From positions 36,562 through 100,561 of the forward strand of contig NW_019217921.1 of the NCBI RefSeq assembly GCF_002571385.2: DNA of 64,000 nt, written 5' to 3'. This document shows positions 32,258 to 43,800 of this stretch, piece after piece. The notes under the pieces were generated by a model that saw only the letters and a list, made by a program, of their open reading frames with translations, ran no database searches and was not told where the DNA came from. Made by a program: the position numbers and the translations under genes. The first letter of the stretch is position 1; every line of letters begins with the position of its first letter. The stretch is from Stylophora pistillata (taxonomy: Eukaryota).

Positions 32258-32969
32258 CCTCGTGAAAGACTCTGCTGTTCAAAAACTGTGTTCAGAGAGT
32301 TCGACGCTATAAACCATGAAAAGATGTGACGTTGAACTCAGCTTAGGGTCGTCAGAGAAATTTTGCAAAGTAGATGAGCTCGCACGTAAATTTAGCTCGC
32401 TCACGTCATTGGATGACACATGTCACGTGCTCATACTAACGCACTTTGTGAGGAGGAGTTTGGTAACTGTTGTTTATTGCCATCATACACGTCGCTAATG
32501 GCAACATAACGGAATGACGAACTAAAACTTATTGTCTTTACAATGTGCTTTTGTTGTTGAAAAAAGATCCAAGCAACATGAAGGGTCTGTACTTGGAGAT
32601 CTTTTTATTGGGTTTGCAAATAAATTCCGCCTCCATAGCCTTTTAACCTTTTCAAGGAAAAAAAATTAGACATAGCTGCCTCCGGCTGAACTCAAATACT
32701 CGTCACGAAATGGGAGACCACGAGGATGACTCAAAATGCCCAAGATAATTTAAACATCTTTCCTGGGATAAAAACTTAAACAGTGCTCCATGAATTTTTT
32801 TAGCGTCCAAAATTTCATTGTTACTTCCAGCAGAAAGGGTATAAAAAAATATAAATTCCCAGAGATAGATGCTACATAGAAAAGGACGGAATTGTTATTC
32901 AGTTCTACAGAAACTACAAAGAATCACATGATTATTTAAGATAAATTTTAAAACAAACAAATTAAAACT

Positions 32970-33125
32970 TATCGAGGTCCATAAAAACTCGAAAAACAAA
33001 TGAAGAAATAAAAGAGAACGAGTCTAATATCCAGCCATCTTGACCGAACAAGCTTGGTCAATAAAGGATTTACTATTGGCAAAAAGATCAGTTTCGCTTT
33101 AATAATTAAAAATTATTCCACGAGC

Positions 33126-33166
<41 letters not shown>

Positions 33167-33195
33167 AGGGCCAAGTTGGCTATAATCATCTCATA
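32970..33195. repeat. Hairpin-type interspersed repeat fragments next to gap
   Basis: GAACAAGCTTGGTCAATAAAGGATTTA matches the hairpin-A end of the 2626 family. It is followed by the palindrome TATGAGATGATAGATAGCCAAC...GTTGGCTATAATCATCTCATA. Confidence 0.55.
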
Positions 33196-34488
33196 NNNNN
33201 NNNNNNNNNNNNNNNNNNNNNNNNNNNNNNNNNNNNNNNNNNNNNNNNNNNNNNNNNNNNNNNNNNNNNNNNNNNNNNNNNNNNNNNNNNNNNNNNNNNN
33301 NNNNNNNNNNNNNNNNNNNNNNNNNNNNNNNNNNNNNNNNNNNNNNNNNNNNNNNNNNNNNNNNNNNNNNNNNNNNNNNNNNNNNNNNNNNNNNNNNNNN
33401 NNNNNNNNNNNNNNNNNNNNNNNNNNNNNNNNNNNNNNNNNNNNNNNNNNNNNNNNNNNNNNNNNNNNNNNNNNNNNNNNNNNNNNNNNNNNNNNNNNNN
33501 NNNNNNNNNNNNNNNNNNNNNNNNNNNNNNNNNNNNNNNNNNNNNNNNNNNNNNNNNNNNNNNNNNNNNNNNNNNNNNNNNNNNNNNNNNNNNNNNNNNN
33601 NNNNNNNNNNNNNNNNNNNNNNNNNNNNNNNNNNNNNNNNNNNNNNNNNNNNNNNNNNNNNNNNNNNNNNNNNNNNNNNNNNNNNNNNNNNNNNNNNNNN
33701 NNNNNNNNNNNNNNNNNNNNNNNNNNNNNNNNNNNNNNNNNNNNNNNNNNNNNNNNNNNNNNNNNNNNNNNNNNNNNNNNNNNNNNNNNNNNNNNNNNNN
33801 NNNNNNNNNNNNNNNNNNNNNNNNNNNNNNNNNNNNNNNNNNNNNNNNNNNNNNNNNNNNNNNNNNNNNNNNNNNNNNNNNNNNNNNNNNNNNNNNNNNN
33901 NNNNNNNNNNNNNNNNNNNNNNNNNNNNNNNNNNNNNNNNNNNNNNNNNNNNNNNNNNNNNNNNNNNNNNNNNNNNNNNNNNNNNNNNNNNNNNNNNNNN
34001 NNNNNNNNNNNNNNNNNNNNNNNNNNNNNNNNNNNNNNNNNNNNNNNNNNNNNNNNNNNNNNTCCACTTCTTCCACTGGAGTAAAACCCGCCACCACCAC
34101 CACCTGAAATACAATAAATATATTAAGATTTTTTTAGTAAACAAAAGCGAAATTTTGTTTTTAATAGGATGTCAATCCCTTCGATTTTTGGAATTTTTTT
34201 ACTCGTATTTTAAAACGCTCCAATAAAACCGTAACCGGCTCGGCCAAACCTTAATACAATGCTTTTTAATTGAGCCGCTATTCGTGAGCTTTGATATTAG
34301 TATTTAGCTTCTGTAAGAGCTAACTGTATAAACGGTTTTTTTTTAACCTTTAACCTTTATTATTATTATTTGTTCACATCAGATGGTCATTACTACGCCG
34401 GCTTGCAAATAGCAAAGAGCTAATCGCGGCAAGCCAGACAGTTGACATATTTTATAAAATAAATGCAATTACAACATGTAAACATTAA

Positions 34489-35082
34489 CCCTTTGAATGC
34501 CAACCCAGGTGCATGCCTCGCAACCAGCGGCCATATTGGATTTTTCATAAAATAATTTTACTCAACAATTTGAGCCCTTTGGCATTGTATAACTCTTTTT
34601 AGCTGCGACATTGTCCTCCTCACTTTCACTATCTTCGTTATTTTCATTCTCGCTTTCGAGTTCGTCGATCTCTTCGACTTCTTCCCCGCTTTCATCTTCA
34701 TCCTCCGAGCTCGAAATACTTTCATTGTACTCTGAAACATCTCCATCACTTTCGTCGCTCATATCAGAGTCTCTATCAGCGAAAACTTCTACCAAAACTT
34801 CCTCAGCTGTCATTCGACGTGTGCTGGCCGCCATGTTGGATTTGGCAAGGATTTGCCGCGAAAATAAACAAAGCCTTCTGGGTGTTATGTTGTGCCACAG
34901 TGCAAAATTCTGTGGTCAGCGGATTCTCAAATTGTTCCCAGGTCCTTTGAAACAACCACGGATAAAAACCTTGAACGACCGAGAAAAGAAACAAAATGCT
35001 TGTCAGAGGACGTATATATACGTCCTCGGTATCTGAGGGTCCTATTTTAGGACGTATATATACGTCCTTGGCATTCAAAGGG
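34489..35082 (-). mobile_element. piggyBac internal-deletion derivative (594 bp)
   Basis: TTAA TSD at 34485-34488 and 35083-35086. Perfect 15-bp TIR CCCTTTGAATGCCAA. Two subterminal palindromes GGACGTATATATACGTCC. ORF 34562-34834 encodes an acidic N-terminus typical of piggyBac transposases. Confidence 0.9.
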
Positions 35083-35288
35083 TTAAATTTGAATATTTTT
35101 AATGGCAGTTTTCGGCCACCATACACATGCCACAGCTTACACGACCTAATTTAAGTTTAACCGCTGTACTATACACTTGTGTGTTCGACCCTCGACGAAG
35201 TTTCTCTTCTTCGAAATCTTGAAATTTTAGAATTGGAAAAGTTTTCCTTAAGGAGCCTATCAGGATCAACAACTAAGTCTGATTAAGT

Positions 35289-38054
35289 ATGGTTATTCTA
35301 AAGATGAGGCCGATATCATTTGTCGTCCTTGTATTTATAGCAAATCTGACCGGCGTTGTCGACCTTTTCAACGAAGGCGCCTGCAACTGGAGTTGTGAGG
35401 TCGAAAATGCAAACGCCACCGGCGAAGCATTAAAGAAAGCCATGGCCGAAGGGAGACTGTTAAAATTAGCTATCATGTACAAGGAGCGAGTAGAGTCCGA
35501 AAGATGTGCCAACGAAACCAAACAGGACACAATCATCACTAATACAACTTTAAAAGTTTTTTTGAACTTCATCGACCACCAGGCGAATAGGATAAAGGAC
35601 TCCATGGCGTTTATTACTCAGTCGATACTGGAAGTCATTTTTTCCGGGAAAGTTTTCACTGGAAGCTACATCGAAATGAAAGTCTCCTGTATTTCTGAGC
35701 CAACCTCTGTAAAGAACTTCTCAACAAACTTCAGTTATCAAAGATTAACGCCGCTTCACAGTCCACAGTCTATTCTGTATTATATCGAAAATCTTGCAAG
35801 CTACACCAAAACCACTTCAACCCTGGTTCTGGTGAGGGTTGATCAACACACTCGCATATCTCTTGTTACTACAAGTGCAGCAGGAAATCGAAGTTCTCAC
35901 AAGGATAACGAGCTACTGACTTTTAGTGACGGTTGGCTTGCAATCGTAATAATCATTTGGATCATTTTTGCTCTTTATTCCCCCTTAATATTTCTATTGT
36001 TTCGACCTTCAAAGCTCAAAGTCAAACTGCCGGAGAACCACCTCCCTACGCCGGTAGAAGAAGCAGAAGACGATGGAGGTTACATTGAACGACGTAGACA
36101 AGAAAGTCGGCCTTCTCCTACAGAAAACGAAGACGATGAGAATAATCAGTTCAGGGCAGAGGGCGAATTCTTGCCGGAACGTAGAGATTTTGGAACGGAA
36201 GAGGCAGTTCGCCATACAATATCTAACGACTCAGGTGCTGAGCGTACACGTCTTTTTAGAGTAGGCGCTGCCACCTGTTGCTCAGTCTATAGCGATCTTG
36301 GTAATACGGATGATCACAATTCATACAGTTCACACGATGGTGCTATCGCAGATGAGGAACATGCAATAACGAACTCAAGTTATACACTCATTACACCTAG
36401 GCCGGAAACTTGCATGATTCCAATCTCTCCAGGAGCTGACGAGGAAAATAGCAGCTCTGATGAAAGACTCTCATGCATCGTTGACGGTAGGGAACAGAAT
36501 CCTCCAAGGCAACCAGTTCAGCCATCATCAGTGTCTGAAACTTCCGAGGCTAATTACACACATCTAATCATTGCTGGAGACACTAACCCTATAGGAGTTG
36601 GGAGCTTCATTGGTAACCATTTCTTCTCATCATTATACCTGGGTTTAGGGTCAAAGATCGTAAGGTCGATTATCACTTTTTCTTTGCCATTTTGTTTCCT
36701 TGGGTTATGGGATTTGCCATTATTTATGTTGCCAAGCTTTCCGAAACAAATATCTGTTAATTTGCCATCTCCCTTTTTGTTTGACTCATTGTATCACAGT
36801 ATCTTTAAACATCTTTCCCTGGTTGTACCGTTAGCTGTGTGTTATTTCATTCGGTTATTTTCTGTTAGTTACTTTTTAAGTGAATATTCCGAACAAACAC
36901 GAATACCATGGTCACTCTATTCAAACCGCATCAAGTGTGTTTTGTATAGAGGAATGCAATTACTTTTGTCAAAGCTCACTCGATCTAGTTGTAATTCAAG
37001 TACACGCTGTCGGGGAAGGCATTGGCAATGTAGGTTATATTTCATATGTCGTCTTTTTTGCGAAGGTGTGAGTAAGTTTTTGTCGCCAGAAGATTATGAG
37101 GAGAATGTCAATGGGAAATGTTCTGAACACTTTGATGTTCCACAGAATATCTCACTTACTTTAGAAAAACAAGCGAGTATCACCGCAGACTATTGCAATT
37201 CCTTTATTGAGCTTTGTACCGGCTACAACAAGACAAATGTCTTAATGTGGTGCATTAAAATGACATTTAGCCCATTAGCAATTATACCTTTTGTTTTAGA
37301 AATTATTTGGACTTCTCCCTTGATTTACCTGTGTCATGAAAATCAATGGTTTTTGAGAGAGAAATTCAAAAACAAGTTCAAAGGTTCTTACTATGTTTGT
37401 TCTTTTTTTGATATTGTTTTTTGTGGTTTTTCGCTAGTTTGGCTTATATTGATCTGGGGTATTGGTTGTGCTGTTCCATTGGCAGTGCTTCTAATAGGTA
37501 CTATAAAAAACCTTGCAAGTAACACAAATGAAATGCTTCCAGAGGTTATCATTATAATCTTTAGTGTCCATTACCTCTTGAGTTGTCATGGTGCATTTAC
37601 CAACTTCTACTATGATCTGGCAAACAAACTGGCATCTTCTTACCAGAAGAAATATGATGAAAAGAACCAGTCTGAAAGAGATGACTTGATATATTATAGA
37701 CTGGGAAAGGAGGAACATTCTATCAAAGTCATTCCAGAAGAACTGTTTAAGAATGCTCTTAAGGAACGTAAATTACTTGTCAGAATCAAAGTGGCATATC
37801 TCCTGGTTAAGTTATTTTTCACATTTCTTTCACTGACCTTTGTGTGGCCAATCATAAGCAGTGAAGCTGTCATGGCCCAAAGCTCTCCTGAGGGGGTGCT
37901 CGCCATTACAATAACATTTTTTGCAGTAGCATATCCTTTAATTAATAACCGTATCAATGGAGAAAAATTAGATGTCTCCACAGAGGACGTTGATAAAATC
38001 GTTGATGATTACATTAAGGAAAGAATCAGGTCAAAGCGAGGTCATGATCTTTAA
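35289..38054 (+). CDS. Intronless uncharacterised multi-pass membrane protein (921 aa)
   Basis: Uninterrupted 2766-nt ORF. It has a hydrophobic N-terminus, a Cys- and N-glycan-sequon-bearing ectodomain, a TM segment (GWLAIVIIIWIIFALYSPLIFLLF), an acidic Ser-rich loop of about 190 aa, and then many hydrophobic segments. Confidence 0.85.
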   Translation: MVILKMRPISFVVLVFIANLTGVVDLFNEGACNWSCEVENANATGEALKKAMAEGRLLKLAIMYKERVESERCANETKQDTIITNTTLKVFLNFIDHQANRIKDSMAFITQSILEVIFSGKVFTGSYIEMKVSCISEPTSVKNFSTNFSYQRLTPLHSPQSILYYIENLASYTKTTSTLVLVRVDQHTRISLVTTSAAGNRSSHKDNELLTFSDGWLAIVIIIWIIFALYSPLIFLLFRPSKLKVKLPENHLPTPVEEAEDDGGYIERRRQESRPSPTENEDDENNQFRAEGEFLPERRDFGTEEAVRHTISNDSGAERTRLFRVGAATCCSVYSDLGNTDDHNSYSSHDGAIADEEHAITNSSYTLITPRPETCMIPISPGADEENSSSDERLSCIVDGREQNPPRQPVQPSSVSETSEANYTHLIIAGDTNPIGVGSFIGNHFFSSLYLGLGSKIVRSIITFSLPFCFLGLWDLPLFMLPSFPKQISVNLPSPFLFDSLYHSIFKHLSLVVPLAVCYFIRLFSVSYFLSEYSEQTRIPWSLYSNRIKCVLYRGMQLLLSKLTRSSCNSSTRCRGRHWQCRLYFICRLFCEGVSKFLSPEDYEENVNGKCSEHFDVPQNISLTLEKQASITADYCNSFIELCTGYNKTNVLMWCIKMTFSPLAIIPFVLEIIWTSPLIYLCHENQWFLREKFKNKFKGSYYVCSFFDIVFCGFSLVWLILIWGIGCAVPLAVLLIGTIKNLASNTNEMLPEVIIIIFSVHYLLSCHGAFTNFYYDLANKLASSYQKKYDEKNQSERDDLIYYRLGKEEHSIKVIPEELFKNALKERKLLVRIKVAYLLVKLFFTFLSLTFVWPIISSEAVMAQSSPEGVLAITITFFAVAYPLINNRINGEKLDVSTEDVDKIVDDYIKERIRSKRGHDL

Positions 38055-38147
38055 AATGTACTTTAGCAAGCTGCGTCAATATGAAGTAGGAAGTAAGCAA
38101 GCGAGCAAGTATTTTTAAGTATGTGTATATTTAGTTAATAAGTAAGT

Positions 38148-38408
38148 AAGAGTGCTTTTCATTTGAGTGTGGTTAAACCAAAGAGAAAGTAATCGTAACA
38201 GCTAAAGAAAAGAAAAGAAAAGACCTTAAAGACCCAACAAGAACTCAAAATAACAACAAGCAGACTGCTCTAAGCGCGGGAAAACACGCTGCGTTCGATT
38301 GGTTGGGAGAGTGGCGCAAGGGTTTTTTGGACCAATCACAGAGCGAAGTAAAGCAAAACCAATGCAATCATAGACCACTTTCAACACTCACTTGAAAATT
38401 GCTGTATT
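38148..38408. mobile_element. MITE-like interspersed repeat
   Basis: Imperfect inverted ends AGAGTGCTTTTCATTTGAGTGT and ACACTCACTTGAAAATTGCTGT, with internal GATTGG/CCAATC motifs. A related fragment lies at about 14138-14240. Confidence 0.5.
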
Positions 38409-39256
38409 TAGAAAGTAAATTACTAAGAAAGTTAACTCAATACATTACTCTATTAGCGAGGAACGTTTCTTCGATTGTAAAAATTGACTTCAACCTTTTG
38501 TGCTACATATGTAGTTTTTTAAACAAATAAACTAACATCTTGAAAATTACCTAGTAAGTTCTTGGTATGTGTTTTTTCTTGAAAAGTGAAAGGGGATGAC
38601 CTTTTGGTTAAGATTCGAGGCAACAACTTCTGTGCAAGCGTTGCCGGGGTGGAATCTCTTTTTATTTCTTCGATTGCATTCTGCAGAAGCCTTCTTGGGA
38701 GTCTTAAGCAGAGGAGATGGGTATCTTTGTTGAACTTAGAATCAGTTCCCTCGTGGCAATTACTTTTATTTAGTTCGTTAAAGTGTTTTCTTGAATTGCC
38801 CATTGTCAATTATGTTCGTTCAGCTGCTCTGTTTTGCTTAGGTCACGGACGTTAATGGTTTTTGAAAGAACAATTAAAAAAAATAGTCAAAAGGTTCTAT
38901 ATTTGTTTTTTCCTTTCATCCGAATATTTCACTTGTTCGGATAAAATTGATCTCAAGTATGGATTACACTGTTCCACGAGGAGCGTTTATAGCGGATATT
39001 ATTAGGGGATCTCAAGCAGCCGGGATTCAATCGTCAAGGAAAACGTCGGTTTAAGAATGAAATTAAATCCGGCTTCTTGTGCAAATTCACAATGAGCGAA
39101 TGTCGTACTAGTGACGATGCCTGACCCAACCTTCAATATGACATGTGCACGCAGCCTAAAATTTTAATAAAAGTTCTCCAGAAAATTTTTCAATTTCTTT
39201 TTCATTACTCCGCGTTCTGGTCACCACCGTGGTTTGCTTAAGGTCGCTGTCAAATG

Positions 39257-39467
39257 TACATACATACATACACAAGTTAATTGACCACTCTCCATAGGGG
39301 CTTTTCAGGGCTAACACCCACCCATTCCACCCAGGGGAGGACATCCACCACACAGTAATCTCGTGCGTGGGAAATTAACGTCTCCTACCCCTAACCCTGC
39401 AGGAGACGGGGCCTACGGTTTATTCGTCCTTATCCGAGAAGACTAGAATATCTATCCATTTCTTGAT
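39257..39467 (-). mobile_element. SINE fragment with (TGTA)n tail
   Basis: (TACA)n run followed by GAGACGGGGCCTACGGTTTATTCGTCCTTATCCGAGAAGACTAGAA, a segment I recall from cnidarian SINE bodies. Truncated by a gap. Confidence 0.45.
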
Positions 39468-39649
39468 NNNNNNNNNNNNNNNNNNNNNAAAGAAACAGAG
39501 AAAGCCGTCCTTGGCCCCAGAGAGTACCTAGAATTAATCAGAAGTAAGTTTGAAATGCGATAAGCTCAGCAAACTATACTGGGAGAACTAAACAGAAAAT
39601 GATCATCCAGTATAGCCGCTGAGAGACCACACATAACAAACCAGAATAC

Positions 39650-39752
39650 TGAACAAACTGACTAAACAAAAGGGCAAACAAAAGGACAAACAAAAGGACA
39701 AACAAAAGAAAAAACAAAAGGACAAACAAAACCACAGAACAAACAAACAAAA
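39650..39752 (+). repeat. 12-bp minisatellite (AAAAGGACAAAC)n
   Basis: Directly visible. Confidence 0.8.
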
Positions 39753-40015
39753 GCCTGAGCCATAATGACAGAGGTGACACTGTTTCATCCAAGATGGTAT
39801 CACTGACTGACTTCTTCCTCAGAGCTGAGCTGAAAAATAAGTCTAACATTAGAAAGAGATTTATACCACAATAACATAAGCTAAGAAAGTACAGTAGTTT
39901 CTACCCTTTTTTTGGACTTAAAAGATTTACAGAGTACAGCTTTGGTTAACTGAAAGTATTATATAAGGAAGAGGATACAAATTTTTTTTTTCTAAGTTAA
40001 CTAAAAGCAGCTGGT

Positions 40016-40016
<1 letters not shown>

Positions 40017-40066
<50 letters not shown>
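40017..40066 (+). repeat. Poly(T) tract (about 50 nt)
   Basis: Directly visible. It reads as poly(A) on the SEC16 sense strand, about 780 nt past the stop codon. Confidence 0.95.
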
Positions 40067-40067
<1 letters not shown>

Positions 40068-40847
40068 ACTAAAGGAGATAACTATAGATAAGTGTCTTAA
40101 TCAAAGAACAAAAGAACTGATAACAAACTTAAGGCAAAGTAGATAACTTAAAGGTACCTTGGAATATAAACTAATAAAGGTGGATAAAGCTCATAAAAGA
40201 AAACAATTCTGGTAAAAAAAAAAAAAGCCTGGCTCTCATTGTAAAACAACCGAAGAAGATAAAGGGATTCAGATCAAAATGAACTGTAAATCTGTGGTTA
40301 AATTCAAACTAAAATAATCTTACATCTCAGTTGTGAAATAAATTGATATGTTAGAATCAATGCATTTTTCTTTGAGAAAATAGGATTAAAATCATCGAAA
40401 AATGCCATATTGGAATTTTTATAAATAGTATTAACCCTTCCCCCCCAATTTTTTTCTCCACCTATTTATTTTTTTTTTTTTATTACAGCTAGAGAAATTG
40501 GAGATTTTGAGATATTTGTCTGGTTCAAAAAAATAAAGTAAAATAAATAAATCAATGTGGATTTTTTCATTTAATAGCCACTGAAAAATTGGTGAAAAAA
40601 TCGCAATCAAAATGGGTCAAGCCCAGGACAGAATTTTTTTTTTTGATAAGAATAAAAAAAGGTGCAGCTTAAATTCAAAATATGAAAATTGGGAGAAAGA
40701 GAGAAAGAGAAAAGAAGGAAAGAAAGGAAGCGGAAACGTGAGTCACATGCAAAAAACTTCTCTAAAATATTAAAAAATTAAATACAATACATCAGACAAA
40801 TATTTCAAAATCTCCAATTATTAAATTAATTATTTTGTTTTTGACAA

Positions 40848-43800
40848 TTAGTTTTTCCGGATGCCCGGATAGCGAGATTTTCTTGGTGAGGCTTGAGCCT
40901 TGGGCTGACTGAAGGCCATTGGATCAAAGAACATAGGTGGAGGAACAAAACTGTTTTCTTGTGGGGGTGGGTTGGGGTCCTGCAATAGTAAAACGGAAAC
41001 TGTCAAAGCTATCTGACCAACATAATGGGCTGTCATCAAAAAATTTTAATACTCTGAGTTGTAAATAAGAAAGTAACAATTTGTTGGGATAAAGAAAACA
41101 CCAAAGCCGTCAGAATATACCAAAAAGGAGGAAAAATGATGAAGGATGGAAAGATTGAAATGAATTAATGAAAAAAACTCAAATAGAGTTCAATTATTTA
41201 GCAGGTTAAGTTTGGTATGTGAAATTAGTAAAACTGTGAAAATAAAAAAGCTGGTTTGATTTAATATGCATTTTTTTTTTAACAAGACTTAAGAGGTTAG
41301 CTTCTAACAGCTTTAACGACAGTTAAACTTTTAAAAGTGCATTATGAGACCCATCACCTTAGTAACCGACAAAGAAATACAGTGCATTCAATCAAAACCT
41401 TAAATCCTTTATTTGTATATTATTTTTGTATAAAACTTCCTTGAATGGCACAAATCATTAAAAACCACAACACATGTTAATAGTCAGCTAAGATGTGCAA
41501 AGTTTGTTTTTAGGAAGGAAGTAATATTATGAATCATCAGAGGCATGTTAGATGAGTTCCAATTTTCCACAAAAGTGAACAGACAAAAAAAAAATTAGAT
41601 CAAAAATGGTTAAAGTTAAAATTTGATTTGTGAGATGCAAGCATTGAAGTACAAACAGTCAACACCAAAAAAAAAAAAAATGAAAAGAACAACTCTAAAA
41701 CTCAAACTAGCCCCATCCAAGGTGAAATTTACAACTGCTTTCCCTTCACTTTTATATTTTTTCACTTTCTACAGTTGCCACATGGACTCTGCCTGAGCTA
41801 AGCTTCCTACTGCAGTTGTGAGGGCAGAATTCAGTTAAATACCTGGGGCATCATATAGCTACGGACTTCAGCAGAGGTAAGGGAAACAGAGCTTGATCGG
41901 GAATGCTGAAAACAAAAACGTGCGTATTGAAAACACAGGAAACTGGACACTGGAATGCATTCTCCATCAGACATAACAAAACACAGGAAGGGGAAAAATC
42001 CCCTCTCCAAACATAAAACCTATGTTGCCCAGGGATAACCTGCTGTAGCTCGAGATAATAAAAAGTTGTGCTGCCTCAGATGAGAAGGCAAGTTTTTCTG
42101 AAATTTTCCTAAATATCTAAAGTATTTATGGTGTGTCTCATGAACGCGAACGTGATATTTCCACCAGGTGTGACTCCAGCATGCTAGCTTTTAAGCTCTC
42201 ATTGCAACCAAAATTAAGCATCTACAACTTGGGAACATTTAAAACAACATGTACCCATAAATTGAAAATCAAAATCACTCATTAGAGTGGGTAGGTTTGG
42301 AAAAAGAAATTCAAAGTGCCTCAAATAAACATCACGCAACCTTTTGATTAGCCTTCAAGTGCTTAAAGCTTGAGTTAATAAGCATTATGTACTATTTCAC
42401 AGTGCCTATGATAAATGTTATCTTCTCAAAGCATAGCTTTCCAGTGCAGTCTGTTTAAATAATGCATAGTATTTAACATTTACCATACACATTTCATTGT
42501 GATGCATTTAAGCATTTATATGCAGCAGTGACAAATTTGCCTATTAGTTATATAAAATTAAATCATCTTTACATTCATTTTTACCTTGACTTTGAAATTA
42601 TAATAGCTATATGAATTAAAGGTAAACAAAACAGAAAATGATGTAAAATGAATTAAAATGTCCATTGGATCAAACTCAAATTCATAACAAACTAGGCTTT
42701 AAAATCGCAATTCACCTGTGACTGTTGATCGCCCCTGTCCTCTTCTTCATTTCTTACAAAAAAAAACAGACATACTTTTTTTATGGCAGCTGGATAGCCA
42801 AAGAATGATTACACTAAAGACTGAATAAAATATTGTTGTATTGAAAAAAAATTGCTTCTAAGAAAAACTAAAACACCAAAGATGAAATATTGGATGAGAA
42901 TGACAACAGAAAAACTATTTGTAGAACTCTGGGTCTGTGCTTCCTACAAAGAATTTAATTCTTTGCGATGAAAGAAAAAATAGTTGTGAGACTTCTGTAG
43001 CAAGAGAATAGAAGATTAATCACAGCTTCTCTTCTTTCAAAATGACCAGCTGAGTTGACCATTATCTTCAAGAATGTAAGCCTAACTATGCCTCTTTTAA
43101 GTTTTTGAAAACACGCGGCCATTTGAAAAGAAAGGACTTGGTCATTTATATCACCTTCAATCATCTTACCGAGACGAGGGACGTGACGAAGGATTGCCAA
43201 TTGCAGGCTGTTGATCAGCACTCTGATCAGCTACAAGAACAATGTAGAATTCATTTTAGTCAATCATGAAAGTTGATAAACATTAGGTCCATTACTCATT
43301 CTTGCAACCACTCCATCCAATTATTTTCTAATAACCAGCCCTAGAGTTTCTCAGGGTCAAATAAATACTTGATCCACAGGAAAAATGAATTAAAATCCAT
43401 AAGAGTAACAAGGCTTTATTATAATAAGGGACTTTTTCCCAACGTATCGTTTAGTAGGACTTAAAGACTTTGATTGCCTCAAAGAGGTTGGACTGTAGTT
43501 TCATATTGACAAGATATGAAATCAAGTGACAGTATGCTCAAAAGAAAAAAAATCTTCAGCTGTCAAGAAACAAACAATGCATGACTCTTACTTGAAGTCA
43601 CAGGAGCAGGTACGAAGAAATTTCCTTTGAATTCAGTAGTCGGACCGGGCATCATGGGAAGAAGACCGCTTGGAAGTGGCGCAGAAGCATTAGAGCTTTG
43701 GCTACTTGGGTTCAAGACATCCACATACTTCTTAGCTGTGAGGAAAAAAGCAGTCAGAACTACTCTGTAACTGTTTCGGCATCAATGCAAATTATTGACA

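Noticed and set aside
38519-38855. Overlapping 96-aa and 89-aa ORFs downstream of the orphan gene
   Set aside because: No motifs, no splice support, and lengths compatible with chance.
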